Source of the DNA: Sphagnum compactum
Taxonomy: Eukaryota
Direction: 5' to 3'
Assembly: GCA_965153455.1 (NCBI GenBank)
Contig: OZ234493.1
Location: 10,592,213 to 10,656,212 of the forward strand
DNA: 64,000 bases
This document shows positions 13,175 to 25,695 of the stretch, in pieces (positions within the stretch are counted from its first letter, which is position 1; every line of letters starts with the position of its first letter). A program made the position numbers and the translations under genes. A model generated the notes under the pieces. It did no database searches, had not been told where the DNA came from, and was given only the letters and a program-made list of their open reading frames with translations.

Positions 13175-16100
13175 TACTCAGAGTTATTGGGCTTCATCTT
13201 GCCCAAATCCACCAGGACATCTATTTGTCTTTTCACTTCCGCCTCTTCTTAGTAGGATAATTGACTAGGAGATACCTTGCAAGGTGGAAACCCTTGCGCA
13301 TCCACATAATGTTTTCCAATAGTGCAACAGCCTAGTTCACCCTTGTTCCAAGCATAAACATCTTGGTAACACTCCAAAACCTTCCAGAGCTATTGTTGCT
13401 TCTATTTATCCAAGCTAGTGTCAACCTTGATTCGCTAAGAGATCTCCCTCCATCTTGTGCTCATCTCATCATGGTTAGATGATGCCAACTATTCAGTGGA
13501 GTTGCTGTTAAGGTTACCACCTTCTGTTTGGTGAACTTGTAGCAGTACTGGAATTGTTACATAGTGTGTGGATTCATAAATGGCCTATCTATTTTGCTCT
13601 ACATCAGACACCCATCTCAGCCAATCTGCAAAGTCATCAGCATCTCTTATTTCTTCCTCCATGAACTTGTCAACCTGTTCCTGCAGTATCAGTTGAAGGA
13701 TCTGTTGTGGTCCTTCTAACATTACCAAATCCTCAAATTCAGTATCCCTAAACTCATCTTCATCATCAAATTGCTTAACTTGACGAGGTCCTCCATCACA
13801 ATGTTCACTACTATCAGTATCAGTATCTGAATTTGAGGCAAATGCATCTACACCTTTGGGCATGACAAGATTGTCCTGATCTAGAATCCAATCAGCTATG
13901 TCAGAATCATCATTGATATTTGTGTTTTTCAAGATAGTAATAACCTCCCGCATCAGAGTTTCTGAGTTCATTCTCTATAATAGATTTACCATAGTCAATG
14001 GCAATACCTCCACATTGGCCCCTAGACCATGCCTTACTTGGATTAAACTTCGTTCCACATCCACGATTGCACCAATCTTTATCAGAAAATCCAGGCCAAG
14101 TAATGTCATAACTATCTGTATCAACTACCATGAAGGTCATAGTGCACTGCACTCCTCCAACCTTGATAGATATTTCGTCAATTCTACCCAGAGCTTGTGT
14201 AATGACTCTTGACGCAGTTTTATAAGTTTCAGATCCAGTAACCAGATGCATTATGCCCAATTCTCTGACTACAGCAGCAGCCATAATAGACATAGATGCT
14301 CCAGTATCCACTAGTCCCTAAACAACATAGTTGTTTATTTCTATAAGCAAATGCAGGGTTTTGCTCCGATGCATCTTGTTGATGCAGATCTTCCTGAGTG
14401 TTGGCATTGCAGAAACCATAGACACCTGATTATTAGTTGTTTCTAAATCCTTCTTTCCTCTAGCCAACCTTACCAAACTTTCAAGGTGTTCCAATTCCCC
14501 TGGAATCATAAGGATTGTTTCCATGGGTGAAAGGGAAATCTTTCCTTTTATGAAGTGGGCAAGAATCTTGGATCTAACTGAAGTGTCCTAGTTTACACCT
14601 CCCCATCTCCTACAGCCTCAAGGGTCGGTATAACCCCTCCTGGTGTTAGGTCAACAGGCATCTTCCTCCTAGGCACTTGAGTGTAAGAGAAGAGATTCTC
14701 ATTCCCGCAGAGCTTGTTGAGCTGTTGTATGGTCGCCTCTTCATCATTCAGCAATACTTCCAAAAAGTTTGTTGCTCCAGAGTGAGACTTCCCATCCTTG
14801 GGTTTCTTCCAACATCTGTCCTCAAAATGACCTAAACTTAAACAAAAGGAACATTTTATTCCACAATTCTCTATCCTATGAAACATGCCACACTTGGCAC
14901 ATTTTGGCCGTGGCTCATTTAATCTCAGACAGGTGGTGGCCAAATGGTTTCCTCCTTTGCGAATTTGGCATCCTCCAAACATGGTGGAAGAAGATGATGC
15001 CTCTGGATTGTGCACTGTCCCCTAAAAAAATTAATAAGTGTGTTGTTTAATGCAATGACCTGTTTCTCCATCATGGTTTCTGAGGCCCCTTCTTCTTGTT
15101 CCTCTTTTAAAGGTTCATAGGGAGTTTCTCTAAGCTCGCCCAACACTCTCTCTAGTTTTGTTGCAACACCCACTAACACTTCAATATTTGTAAACATCCT
15201 CACCACACACAATTTTCAAATTTTTAGCCTTAATCTGGCCAGAAATCTTCATCTTTGTTCAGCGTCTTATATCCTGCCCTTTTAAAACAGTTTGTTGAGA
15301 CGTTCAAAGTATTTTTGAACTCTCTCCATGGGTTCTTGTTTGATGGCATCAAGTTTCATCTTGATGTCATCAGCATCTATGTTTCCATACTTCTGTACTA
15401 TTAGAGTCCTTAACTTAGCCCAATCGGCTGGTGTTGGCTGCAACCTCCTGAACCATTCCTTAGCCCTACCCCTCAAATTTAGCTTTGCAATTTTGAAGAG
15501 TTTATTTGCATTCAGATCTCGCACTTCAGCAGCCATGGTGAGCCTTTCTGCCCAGTCATTGACATCCTCATGGTCTTGCCCCCAAGACAGTTCATCCATC
15601 CCCTGCGAGCTAGTCATTTTTGCAATGTTCAACTTCAATCAAAGATTGCAACGTCTTCTACACAAATGTCTTTAGACCACCTTCAGATATACAATCCTCA
15701 CCACCTTCTTACCCTTATATACTCCTGTTGAGTTAAAGGGCCTAATTCTATTGGGATGGGGATGGCACTCACTACGTGTATGATGCACTACTTCTTTTGA
15801 AGAGATCCTGCCCAATCCTTCAAGCACACCACTGTTCTGGAAAAGGAAATAACACCACTGGCAACCACCTTACTTCTGTTTCAATAGCATCAAAACAGTT
15901 CATTTTCAGATGTACAAACATTAAGGATTTATCTTGATTGTTGAGTCTAATTGTGACTCCATCAAACCCGAGTGCGACAAATTTCCTTTCAAAAAATAAC
16001 CCTATGTTGTCTGTGATTTAATTCAAAAACTCATATTGATCTCCCTCTCCTACTGGTCTTAAAGGCACAATATCAAATGGTAGAGTGGAGAAACTTTGCT

Positions 16101-17325
16101 CATCTATGGATTCTTGTTGGAACTGCCACCTTTCCTCTAGATTCTGCCATATCCTCCAACTTATGATGCAGGATCTTGATCCATTGTGCTCCACTTTAAT
16201 AAGGTGATATCTATTCTAAAACAAGTCTTCCACACTAGGGATGTACAGTTTGATAAAGTGGTTAGGTGAAGTAGAAAGCTTGGGAATCCAAATGTCTCCT
16301 ATTATAGGTACACTACGCTACCTTTCAGGAACTAAAGGTGAAACTCTACGCAAGGTATGAGGTGTAGTGATATTGCTTATGTAGCTTTGAGGTTGACCCC
16401 CATCCCTTTGCTCCATTTCTTAATTTCAACCAAACTTGAGCACATGTATAAAAGCCATTATGAGCTATTTCTACTGCGACATCCCCAACTTGAGCTTCAT
16501 CAGGATTTATCCCTACAAATGTCACTACGCCAAATCCCAACAAAGGCAAAATTACTGCTCCTATCTGGGGTCCATCTTGCCTCCTTAGATAATCAAATCT
16601 CATAATTGTCTATTGTTCACGAATTTCCTATGTGACCTCATCTATACCAACTTCATCTGCACTAGATGATGATATATTATCTTAACTACCGATACCCATC
16701 CATATACAAGTTTGAATGATGCCTCGGACCTAACCATGCTCTGATACAAAAAGAAAGGGGAATGAAAAACATCTCTTCATCATGAATCCAAACTCGATTT
16801 GGGATCTCTACAACTTATATCTTGCCATTCAAGCATTGTTACAACACATTGGTGCTACTGTTCCAACATAACATAAATTTTTATACCCAAATGAGACTCC
16901 AAGCACCACATACCTGTTAGTCCCTTTTGGATCTCTATGTAATATCCATCAAATTATTGCTAGGAACAATTCCTGGTATTGTGAGTACATGAATTAGTGG
17001 GATCTAGCTTGAGGTCAACGCCTTCTGTGTTCATTTGGTCCGTTATGAGCTGCTAACCCATCGTTCTACCCTATGACATAATGCAGAAAGATACTTGTCT
17101 TAGTTCCACAAACAAGATGACTTCTGGTTCCGAACTAAGGATGAACAACATATGTTAAGTTGGCTTATAGCAACTTGGAAAAACAAAGTTCTGATCAGAA
17201 TATGGGTCTATGGATATTTTTTATAATCTCTTCCAGTCTGTACCCACGCTCTGCCCATCCCAAGGATACCCGCTAAGGTTTCTGGCTTTAATTAATCACA
17301 TATGTGCTACTTTAGGAATGCTTCC
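13175..17325 (-). mobile_element. Truncated Ty3/Gypsy retrotransposon fragment (leader/LTR part, PBS, gag, zinc knuckles, aspartic protease, start of RT) inserted in the Copia RT
   Basis: Minus strand: PBS-like TGTATCAGAGC at 16748-16738. gag LNLRGRAKEWF...KQEPMERVQKYFERL (15638-15282). CAKCGMFHRIENC / CSFCLSLGHFEDRC knuckles. Protease LVDTGASMSI (~14311). RT N-terminus EEAEVKRQIDVLVDLGKMKPNNSEY ends at ~13175. Protease followed directly by RT is the Gypsy order. Confidence 0.88.
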
Positions 17326-18334
17326 ACTTCTAATTATAATTTGGTATGCAAACTCAACAAATCCATATATGGTTTGAAACAATCCTCTAGAGTTTGGTAT
17401 CAACCATTAGATCTAGTTGTTTGATATCCTAAACTTCTCTCAAACTTGATTTAAATGCAAACATATATCTCCAATGTGGATCCAATGGAGGCTTCATAAT
17501 TCTAATACTCTATGTTGATGATTGCATTATACTTAACAACCAATCATTTATTCATCATATCAAAACTATTTTGTTCCATGAATTTGAGATGTCTGATGAA
17601 GGTAAACTTCACTCTACTATTGGAAATGTTATTATCAAAAATCGCACAAAAGGATGGATAATTTTGCATCACACTAAATACCTTACTTCCAAATTGCAAA
17701 AATTTGGCATGTTTGAAAGTAATTTAATCAACACCCCATTGCTTGTTAATGTGCATTTGAACAAAGATGATAGCCCCATTACTAAAGAAGAGCTAGTTGC
17801 TACTCATAATTCTCCATATTCTAAAGTGGTTGGCAATTTGATGCATTCCATTGTCAATAATAGACCAGATTGTTCATTTGTAGTTAATAGCTTGGCCCAA
17901 TATTTATCCAACCTTAACGTAGTCCATATACAAGCCTTGAAACATGTTATGTGGTATATGAAAGGCACTTTAAACATTGGCATCAAATACCAAAAATGTG
18001 AAGATGGTGTAATCTTACTTGGGTTTTCCAATGTCAATTTTGGGTTGGAGACAAAGTTGTATGGTTGCATTGCCTATTAAATGAACTTGGGTTTTCACAA
18101 AATCAACCTACTACAATTTATTTAGACATTTAGATTGTTATTTCATTAGGTGAAAATCCAAATTTTCACTTTCACAACAAGCATGTGGACACCCAAAATC
18201 ATTAACTAAATACAAGGTTACCAAACAAAAAGTTGCACTTACATGCATTAGCATAATTGATATGACAACAAATGTTTTCACTAAATTTCTATCAAAGGAA
18301 AAACATCAACTTTGTGTGACATGCCTGGGTATGT

Positions 18335-19145
18335 GGGTACATTCATGGTTGGGGTACACAAAAGGAATATCTCATCCCAAAATCACTTTCAAAATAATAC
18401 TTTCAATGACCATTACATATACGAAATAATTTACTTGGTAGATTTATTTTTCCCCATTAGATAGCCACATACTTCTTGATAAAAATGGTGGTGATTTTTT
18501 GGCATTTGGATGATTAAAACATGTCCTTAAATGTCTTGAAAGATGGCTAAAAAATCGTGTTCCATTGCAAAATTTTATTGAAAAAAACTCAACAAGACTA
18601 ACTATATTTGTTCAAATTGCTCCATATTTTCACCACAAATAGAATAAAGTATGTTCTATATGATGGCACAAATTTTTAGTATGATACATCACCAAATTTT
18701 GTGGAATTCATGCAAGAATCTTGGATTTTTTCATAAAAAGGATGCGTTAATAAGGACAATCAAATTAATTTTGTTAAATTACAAATTTACATTCCAAAGG
18801 TTTGGGAAAAAAATACAATAAATGTGGGTGCAAAAACTAGGACATTATTTGATGTTTTTAATAGGGTTTTGGCACTCCAAATGAAATTATGTCATTATGG
18901 AATGTCTAAGTAATCCTACATTCCTTTTTGGTTTATACTTGAACAAGACATTCAAAATTTGTTCAATTGATTTGAATCATTCATTATAACATTTATTGAT
19001 TGAAAGCCTAAATATACATATCCCCCTTTCATTATTTAGCATCTCAAAACATTCATTTTGCTAAGTCCTTACTTTAAGACTCATGGCCCACAAAACAAAT
19101 GGGTGTCATGGTTCATGTTGTGGTACCCCAACCATGAATGCACCC
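18335..19145. mobile_element. Non-autonomous TIR element (811 bp) with GGG...CCC ends and 4-bp TSD ATGT
   Basis: Left GGGTACATTCATGGTTGGGGTAC, right reverse complement GGGTGCATTCATGGTTGGGGTAC. ATGT at 18331-18334 and 19146-19149. Removing it restores the Copia pol end (CLGMCP). Confidence 0.9.
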
Positions 19146-20099
19146 ATGTGTCCCATTTCTCATTTTTTTAATTCACCCTCCGGCAACACACAAGCCTTAA
19201 TGACTATTTTTTATAACAATGAGGATAAATTTTGGGGTGGGAAAAGGTATTGCTGATCTTTTCCTACTTTGAAAATGCCATCTACTTTACCAAACTTTAT
19301 CCATTATGCATAGAAAATGATTCACTGATTTTCAATTCTCATGCTCGAATATTCAAGCAAAAATCTTCCAATAGAATGGGAGTATATAAAGATTGTCCAC
19401 CAACACAATATTCAAGACATAAAATAGTGGGAGCTTCAACTAAAGCCTTCCAACCCAACAATGTTTATAAAAGGCAATCATATGATAAAACAACAAATAA
19501 AAGATTTCAAAAGGAAATGGTAGAGACTTACCACACCCATAAGAGACTATTTGCTCCACCTTTGTATGGCATGAACTAGAAAAGTTTCTTCACAAACACA
19601 TCACAATATAATGCATATTTTTCTTTTTCAAAATTTCAAGATAGCTCATGAAGACTTTAATACATGAAGTTGAAATCATTATTCAAAAATATCACGTAGA
19701 ACTCAAGTAGAGAAAAAGTGGGAAATGGAAAATGAAGCTTGGTGGGAAGTTAATGTTCCAATATCAAGTAAGAGCAGAAATGTTTATTAGTGTAAACAAA
19801 CCCATGAGGAGGAGTTGTTGGCGCAAGGTGGAGCTGCTATTTGACATTTCAAGGTAAGTAAAAAAAAAATTCTAATTCCATTAATATTTTTTCCCTTTCT
19901 TTTTTGCTTTGTGAATGTGTGTGGTGTTTTGTTTTGATGTCATTTTTTGTGGTTGTTGTATTTTTGCAAAATCATTCTTTACCAACCAACCAATTGCAAA
20001 AATTGATCTTTAAATTGAAACTTTAAAAATGATGTTGATATACTTGTAAATGAAAGTGATATTTTTATTGAAAAAAGAAGTTAAGAAAAAATTGAAGAG

Positions 20100-20746
20100 G
20101 GGTGAAATCATGATCAAAGGAGCCAAGGGCACCAAGGTAAATTTTTTTTCCAAGGACTATACATGACACATGTCATTCATGCGTTGGTTTATAACTTAAA
20201 ATTTTATATTTCGAATATCCCATTTAGCACTGCATTTTAGATATAAATACATTTTGATTACAAATTGATTTTATATCATGTATATTATGTATTCATGCCT
20301 TCTATCACATATATGAACAACTTTTGTTAAAGACACATTTTCAAAATCCATAATTTTCAAGGTCAAAACATTTTTGAACAAAATGTGCTCAAATGGGTTA
20401 TAAAAACAATTTTCATTAGTTCAAGTCATTTTGCCCTTCTAATCATCAATATTAAAATCCTTTCCAATTTTCAAAAGGACTGGTGCACATTTGATAGAAA
20501 AAAAAGGACATTTGAACCAAACGAAAACTGTCCACTCTCAAGGTTTGAGTGCTTTGAACTTGCAAAAACATTTTTGATTTGTGTCAAACTTTGAACATGT
20601 AAACTTTGCAATTAATGAAAAAGTTTCCCAAAAAAAATATGACAATCCAAACTATTGTGCTTCCCTTGTGATCTTTCAAACATACAAAAATGTAGTTTTA
20701 AGGAATGTCCACCCACTTGGGTGGCTCTTTTGACTGTGATTTACCC
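20100..20746. mobile_element. Second, different non-autonomous TIR element (647 bp) with GGG...CCC ends and 4-bp TSD AGAG
   Basis: Left GGGTGAAATCATGATCAAAGGAGCCA, right reverse complement GGGTAAATCACAGTCAAAAGAGCCA. AGAG at 20096-20099 and 20747-20750. Confidence 0.8.
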
Positions 20747-23145
20747 AGAGTTAGTAAATATTCCAATTTTTAACTTAGAATATGAGGATAGTATGGGAAT
20801 AATCCTTAAGAAATTGCATGAATAAAGAGCTAAATGGAGGCCCCATGGAAGAAATTTTCCAACTTGTGCATTTTTTGTGTTAATCATTAGTTAGAAGTTG
20901 ATGTGCAAGTCCAACAAACTATGTGTTGTATGTGGTGTTATGAAAAACTAGTAAGTCATGCAATATTAGGGTAAAAAACTAGGCTTAAAAAATGGTTAGT
21001 TTCTTATTTCAAAAGTAATGGAATAATTGCATTGAAAAAACATGTGGATGAAGGTCCCATTCTTTAATTGTAAAATAATTTGAGGAAGAAATGAACAACA
21101 TAAAAAAACCTTGTGGAAAAACAACTTGCAAAGAAGAGGTATACCATTAGTGGGGATGAATATTTAAATTCTTTGGGGCCATAGATCCTTACAAAAAAAA
21201 TAATGTACACTAAGAAGAAGTTTTGGAGAATTTTGGTCTTCTTATTTTGAAAAACCATTTACCCATTTAGTTTGTTGAGAGCATGTGGTTGAAGCATTTA
21301 GTACTATAGTTATGCCTTCATGTGATCTTCCTTTCTAGAAAAACTTTCAACCGACTTGGTAAAGAAAACCAGAAAAAACATATGTTTTGTCGATTTAGCA
21401 CAATGTCTACAACAAGTTTTGATTTATGGATGTCCAAAGGGGCACATGACGTTTTTACATTAATAGTTTATTTTTTAGGATAAGATTGGATGCCTAAACA
21501 TATAACAATTGTTATTTAAGACATTTGAAACTTATGGACAAGCATTGTTAAGAAAACTTAAAGAGCTTTTGGAACAACATGACTTGATGAAAATAAATTG
21601 TTATGTTAAAGATGAAGGGGTTAATTTGAATGACATGATAGTTGCTTTGAAGTCAATTGTCAATTGTGAAGCATTGGGTGTGACTAAAAGTTTCCAAGGG
21701 ACATGTTTTGGACATGATTTTTTTAAAGCTTGTGAACATTCAACTTTTGATCAAAAATATGTGCAAGGGCTTTAAATATGTTTCCATAAAATTTGTTCAA
21801 GTAGATTTGTAAAAATGTATTACCTAGCTTAGAAAATCAAGGAAAGGTTGATAGGAATGGATGACAACTCGCATTACTATAAGCCTTAGACCCCAAAAAT
21901 TGAATACATTAGTTACAACAAAGTAAAATGCAAGTTTGTTTTTTTGTTTGTTTTGAGTCTTAATTCTCCACTCTTTTGAATCTCAATTTTGGTCATCTAA
22001 CTTTACATTTGTATTGTGCAAGTTTGCTAGTGAGGTTATCATGTTTCATAAAGCATTTCGATTCCATAAGGCTGTTATCTTGTGTTATGGCATATAAATT
22101 GAGCTTCGAATCATAGGCCATGTGCCTCCAAACCCCTTACATGGCACATATCACAAATCATTATAAACATTTTGTCACCAGTTGTAACTACTTACATCTT
22201 AAACCAATCCAGAGGTCATTGGTTGCTAAATGATGCCATATAAACAACCATATCCATGAGCTTTAAGTTAATGAAAAAAACAACCAATTTTCTTGTGTTG
22301 GATGTTTCAATTGATGATGATTCTAGTCTAAATATTGAGTTGGGAGTTTTTGCACAAAACATGAAAGAGGTTATTAGGGTCATTGATTCTTCCCTTTCCT
22401 TCTTGATGAAATGTGATGAAAAAAAACTCACAATATGCTAGCGCTCATGTTAAATCCTAGATTTAAAAGTTTCACATTAATTTTTTTATAATTACTCATG
22501 AGCTTGGGGTGGCCATAGTTCCATAGTATAATAAGAAATCTTTATTTCCTATGCTCTTAAATCTTATCACCATTTGCATCCATTGCTTGAAACTAAAAGT
22601 TTTTTTATTAACATATATGATGAAGACAATAGTTTGGATATTTTTGAGATGGTGACAAACACCAATGAACTTGCAAAAATACACTACCACAATTCATGGT
22701 TTTTTCAACTGGATTTTCTAGTAAAAAAATACTCAAAAATGGTAGGTGTAAAAAAAACCACCCTATTAATCTGGACAAGTCGTTTTGGCCATGTCCTACA
22801 TGATCGGACAATCAAATTGGACCTTGTCATTTTGATTGGCAAAACGACTAATGAAATGAGTAATTGTTCGACTAGTAGATAATGGACCATTTGACTAGAT
22901 CAATTTTATACCTAAATTAAAGTCATTTTTTGGATTATTATTTAAAAAATTAATAGGTAGGTAAATAGGTAGGTAGGTAATAAATAGGTTTAGGTAGGTT
23001 GAAAAAGGCATTTAGGTAGGTAAGTGCTAGCCTAACCTAACCTAGACTACCTTACCTAACCTAACCTCACCTAACCTCACCAAACCACTTTAGTCTAACC
23101 TACCTACCTTAGCCTTCTAAGCATGCACATAGGTTGTAAGTATAA

Positions 23146-23204
23146 GGAATTGAACCCCAAACTTTCACAATGATAAATTAAGTGCTTACCAATGGACTAC
23201 ACCA
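23146..23204 (-). other. tRNA-like / Pol III A-box + B-box cassette inside CACTA element 1
   Basis: Minus strand TGGTG-TAGTCCATTGG-(32 nt)-GGTTCAATTCC. No convincing acceptor or anticodon stems, so it is not called as a tRNA gene. Confidence 0.6.
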
Positions 23205-23267
23205 TCAAAGATGTTCAACTTTTATAAAGTTTTTTATTTCACATGTTTATTTCACATCATTAAACAT

Positions 23268-24710
23268 AATGGCTAAACCTAAATGACAACTAGTGACTAA
23301 ACTCAACAACTTAAACTAATGGCTAAACCTATTAGCTAAACTCATCGACTTAAACTAATGGCTAAACTTAGTGGCTAAATTCATCAACTTAAACTAATGG
23401 TTAAACCTAGTGGCTAAATTCAATGACTTAAACTAATGGCTAAACTTAATGGCTAAACTCATTGATTTAAACTAATGGCTAAACCTATTGGTTAAACTCA
23501 TCGACTTAAACTAATGGCTAAACTTAGTGGCTAAATTCATCAATTTAAACTAATGGTTAAACCTAGTGACTAAATTCAATGACTTAAACTAATGGCTAAA
23601 CTTAATGGCTAAACTCATTGATTTAAACTAATGGCTAAACCTATTGGCTAAACTCAATGACTTAAATTAATGGCTAAACCTAATGGCTAAACTCACCGAT
23701 TTAAATTAATGGCTAAACCTAATGGTTAAACTCAATGACTTAAACTAATGGTTAAACCTAGTAGTTAAATTCATCGACTTGAACTGATGGCTAAACCTAG
23801 TGGTTAAATTCATTGACTTAAACTAATGGTTAATCCTAGTGCTAAATTCAACGACTTTAACTAATGGTTAAACCAAGTGGTTAAACTTAATGACTTATAT
23901 TAATGGCTATTAGTGGTTAAATTCAACAATTTAAACTAATGGTTAAACATAGTCGATAAATTCACTAGCTTAAACTAATGGCTAAACCTAATGGCTAAAT
24001 TCATCGATTTAAACTAATGGCTAATTTTAATGGCTAAACTTAACGACTTAAAATAATGGCTAAACCTAGTGGCTAAACTCAACAATTTAAACTGATGGCT
24101 AAACTTAATGGTTAAATTCATTGACTTAAACTAATGATTAAACTCATCAATTTAAACTAATGACTAATCTCAATGGTTAAACTTAATGACTTAAATTAAT
24201 GGCTAAACCTAGTGGCTAAACTCACCAATTTAAACTAATGGTTAAACATAATGGCTAAACCTTGATTAAATTTAATGATTAATCTAATGGCTAAACATAT
24301 TTCATGGTTAAACTTAGGCTAAACCTTGTGGCAAAATCTAATTGCTAAACATAATGACTAAACTTTGGTTAAACATACTGCTTAAAATTAAGTTAAACCT
24401 AGTGGCTAAACATAATAGTTAAACATAATGGCTAAACCTAAGTTAAACCTAATGGGTAACTCTAATGGTTAAACATATTGGATAAAACTAAGCTATACTT
24501 AATGGCTATACTTAGTGGCTAAATTAAAGCTATACCTATTGGCAAAATTTAATGGTTCAACTTAAATTAAATCTAGTGCCAAATTTAGTGGCTAAGCATA
24601 ATGATTAAACTTAATGACTAAATTTAAAATAAACTTAATGGTTAAAATTTGGATAAATCTAATGGCTAAATTTAGTGGCTAAACATAATGGTTAAAGCTA
24701 ATGGTTAAAA
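23268..24710. repeat. Minisatellite, 39-bp period (three related ~13-bp subunits, core TAATGGCTAAAC), decaying to subunits after ~24250
   Basis: TTAAACTAATGG recurs at 23311, 23350, 23389 and onward. It lies inside the CACTA element. Confidence 0.95.
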
Positions 24711-25420
24711 TTAAGTAGATAAGTGGATGGATAAGGAAGTAAATAATATGTAGGTAGGTCGTATAAAAGTGAAAAATATAGGTAGGTATGTAGGTAGGTA
24801 GGTGAGAAGGTATAGATAGGTAGGTACAAATAAAAGGTGGGTGGGTGGGTGGGTAATAGGTAGGTAAATAATCAATTACGTAAATAGGTGGATGAATAGG
24901 TAAGAGGTAGATTCATAGGGTAGTAGACCATGTTGTATTTGATTAAAGATCATTAGCCATTTTGACTAAATGTTCAATTTGACTAAAGAACATTGGTCAT
25001 TTTTACTAAAGATCATTAGTAATTTTGATTAAATGTTCAATTTGATTAAAAACCATTGGCCATTTTTTACTAAGGTTATACAATTTGATTATGTGTATCT
25101 AGTCAAATGAACCACTATAGTCAAGTTGATAAGTCAACAAATACATGTGTCATTCAAGCCCTTGGCCTTTAATCAAAATGTACATGTCCATTAGTCAAAA
25201 TGACACGTCGAAAATGATTTTTATTTAACTTGTGGTATTTTGGAAAGTCTCCCAATAGAATTTCCATGGTTAAAAATATGAACCTCTTAAAAAACCGTGA
25301 ATTGTAGTAGTGAAAGCTTGTCAATTGAAAATTGATGATATTTCATAGATTTCAAATGGATGCAAAAAACATCAAATGCTTTTGGGAGTGGTGGAAGAAA
25401 CACAAAAATATGTTCTCAAT

Positions 25421-25695
25421 TGGATGAAAATCCTTTAAGGTGTACCACATAGGATGAAAAGGGCCTAGTCCTTACTGCAATCCTTTTTTACCCTATATTT
25501 TGATCCCCATAAAAAATAATGAATCAAAAGTTGTCAAAATTTTCAAAAGGACTATATTTTAAACCATTACAATTCTAGATTCCATCATAATCATCTATAA
25601 ATGTGTCATTACATGATAAAAAAGACTAGGTAAAAAAGACAGAAAAAGGTGACGATGTGGCAAGATTTCGGTACACCTTTAAAAATTTGGGCCTA
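25421..25695. mobile_element. Small inverted-repeat-bounded insertion (MITE-like) in the hAT dimerisation domain
   Basis: It interrupts the WWKKH..MF / QTLGI..QIEIERIF peptide. AAGGTGTACC near the left end and GGTACACCTT near the right end. Exact ends and TSD unresolved. Confidence 0.5.

Larger units (their letters stand above)
9699..19821 (+). mobile_element. Degenerate Ty1/Copia LTR retrotransposon (5' LTR present, 3' LTR missing) with two nested insertions
   Basis: TG...CA LTR 9699-9895. PBS-like TGGTATTAGGGC at 9896-9907 (10/12 match to the tRNA-iMet PBS TGGTATCAGAGC). Domain order is gag (LWSIVDG; CFYCKK..H knuckle ~10885), protease (YVDTKATQH), LWHFQLGH, integrase (FIDDFSRY, TPQQNGVSE), RT (NSKWVFKIK, QLDVKT, LVCKLNKSIYGLKQS, LYVDD at 17508-17522), RNase H. 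PPT GAGGAGGAG 19806-19814 is followed by TGTTGG. Confidence 0.9.
22682..25312. mobile_element. Non-autonomous CACTA (En/Spm) element, 2.6 kb, inserted in the hAT transposase
   Basis: TIRs CACTACCACAATTCATGGTTTTT and AAAAACCGTGAATTGTAGTAGTG. 3-bp flanks ATA/AAA (decayed TSD). Subterminal TTGACTAAA-type repeats. The hAT reading frame resumes after it. Confidence 0.9.

Noticed and set aside
23146..23204. Functional tRNA gene
   Set aside because: A and B boxes are present but I could not build acceptor and anticodon stems. Kept only as a tRNA-like cassette.
23268..24710. Regular repeat array as a CRISPR-like locus
   Set aside because: Units are head-to-tail with no unique spacers, there are no cas genes, the context is eukaryotic, and the array lies inside a CACTA element. 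The same applies to 55535-56520.
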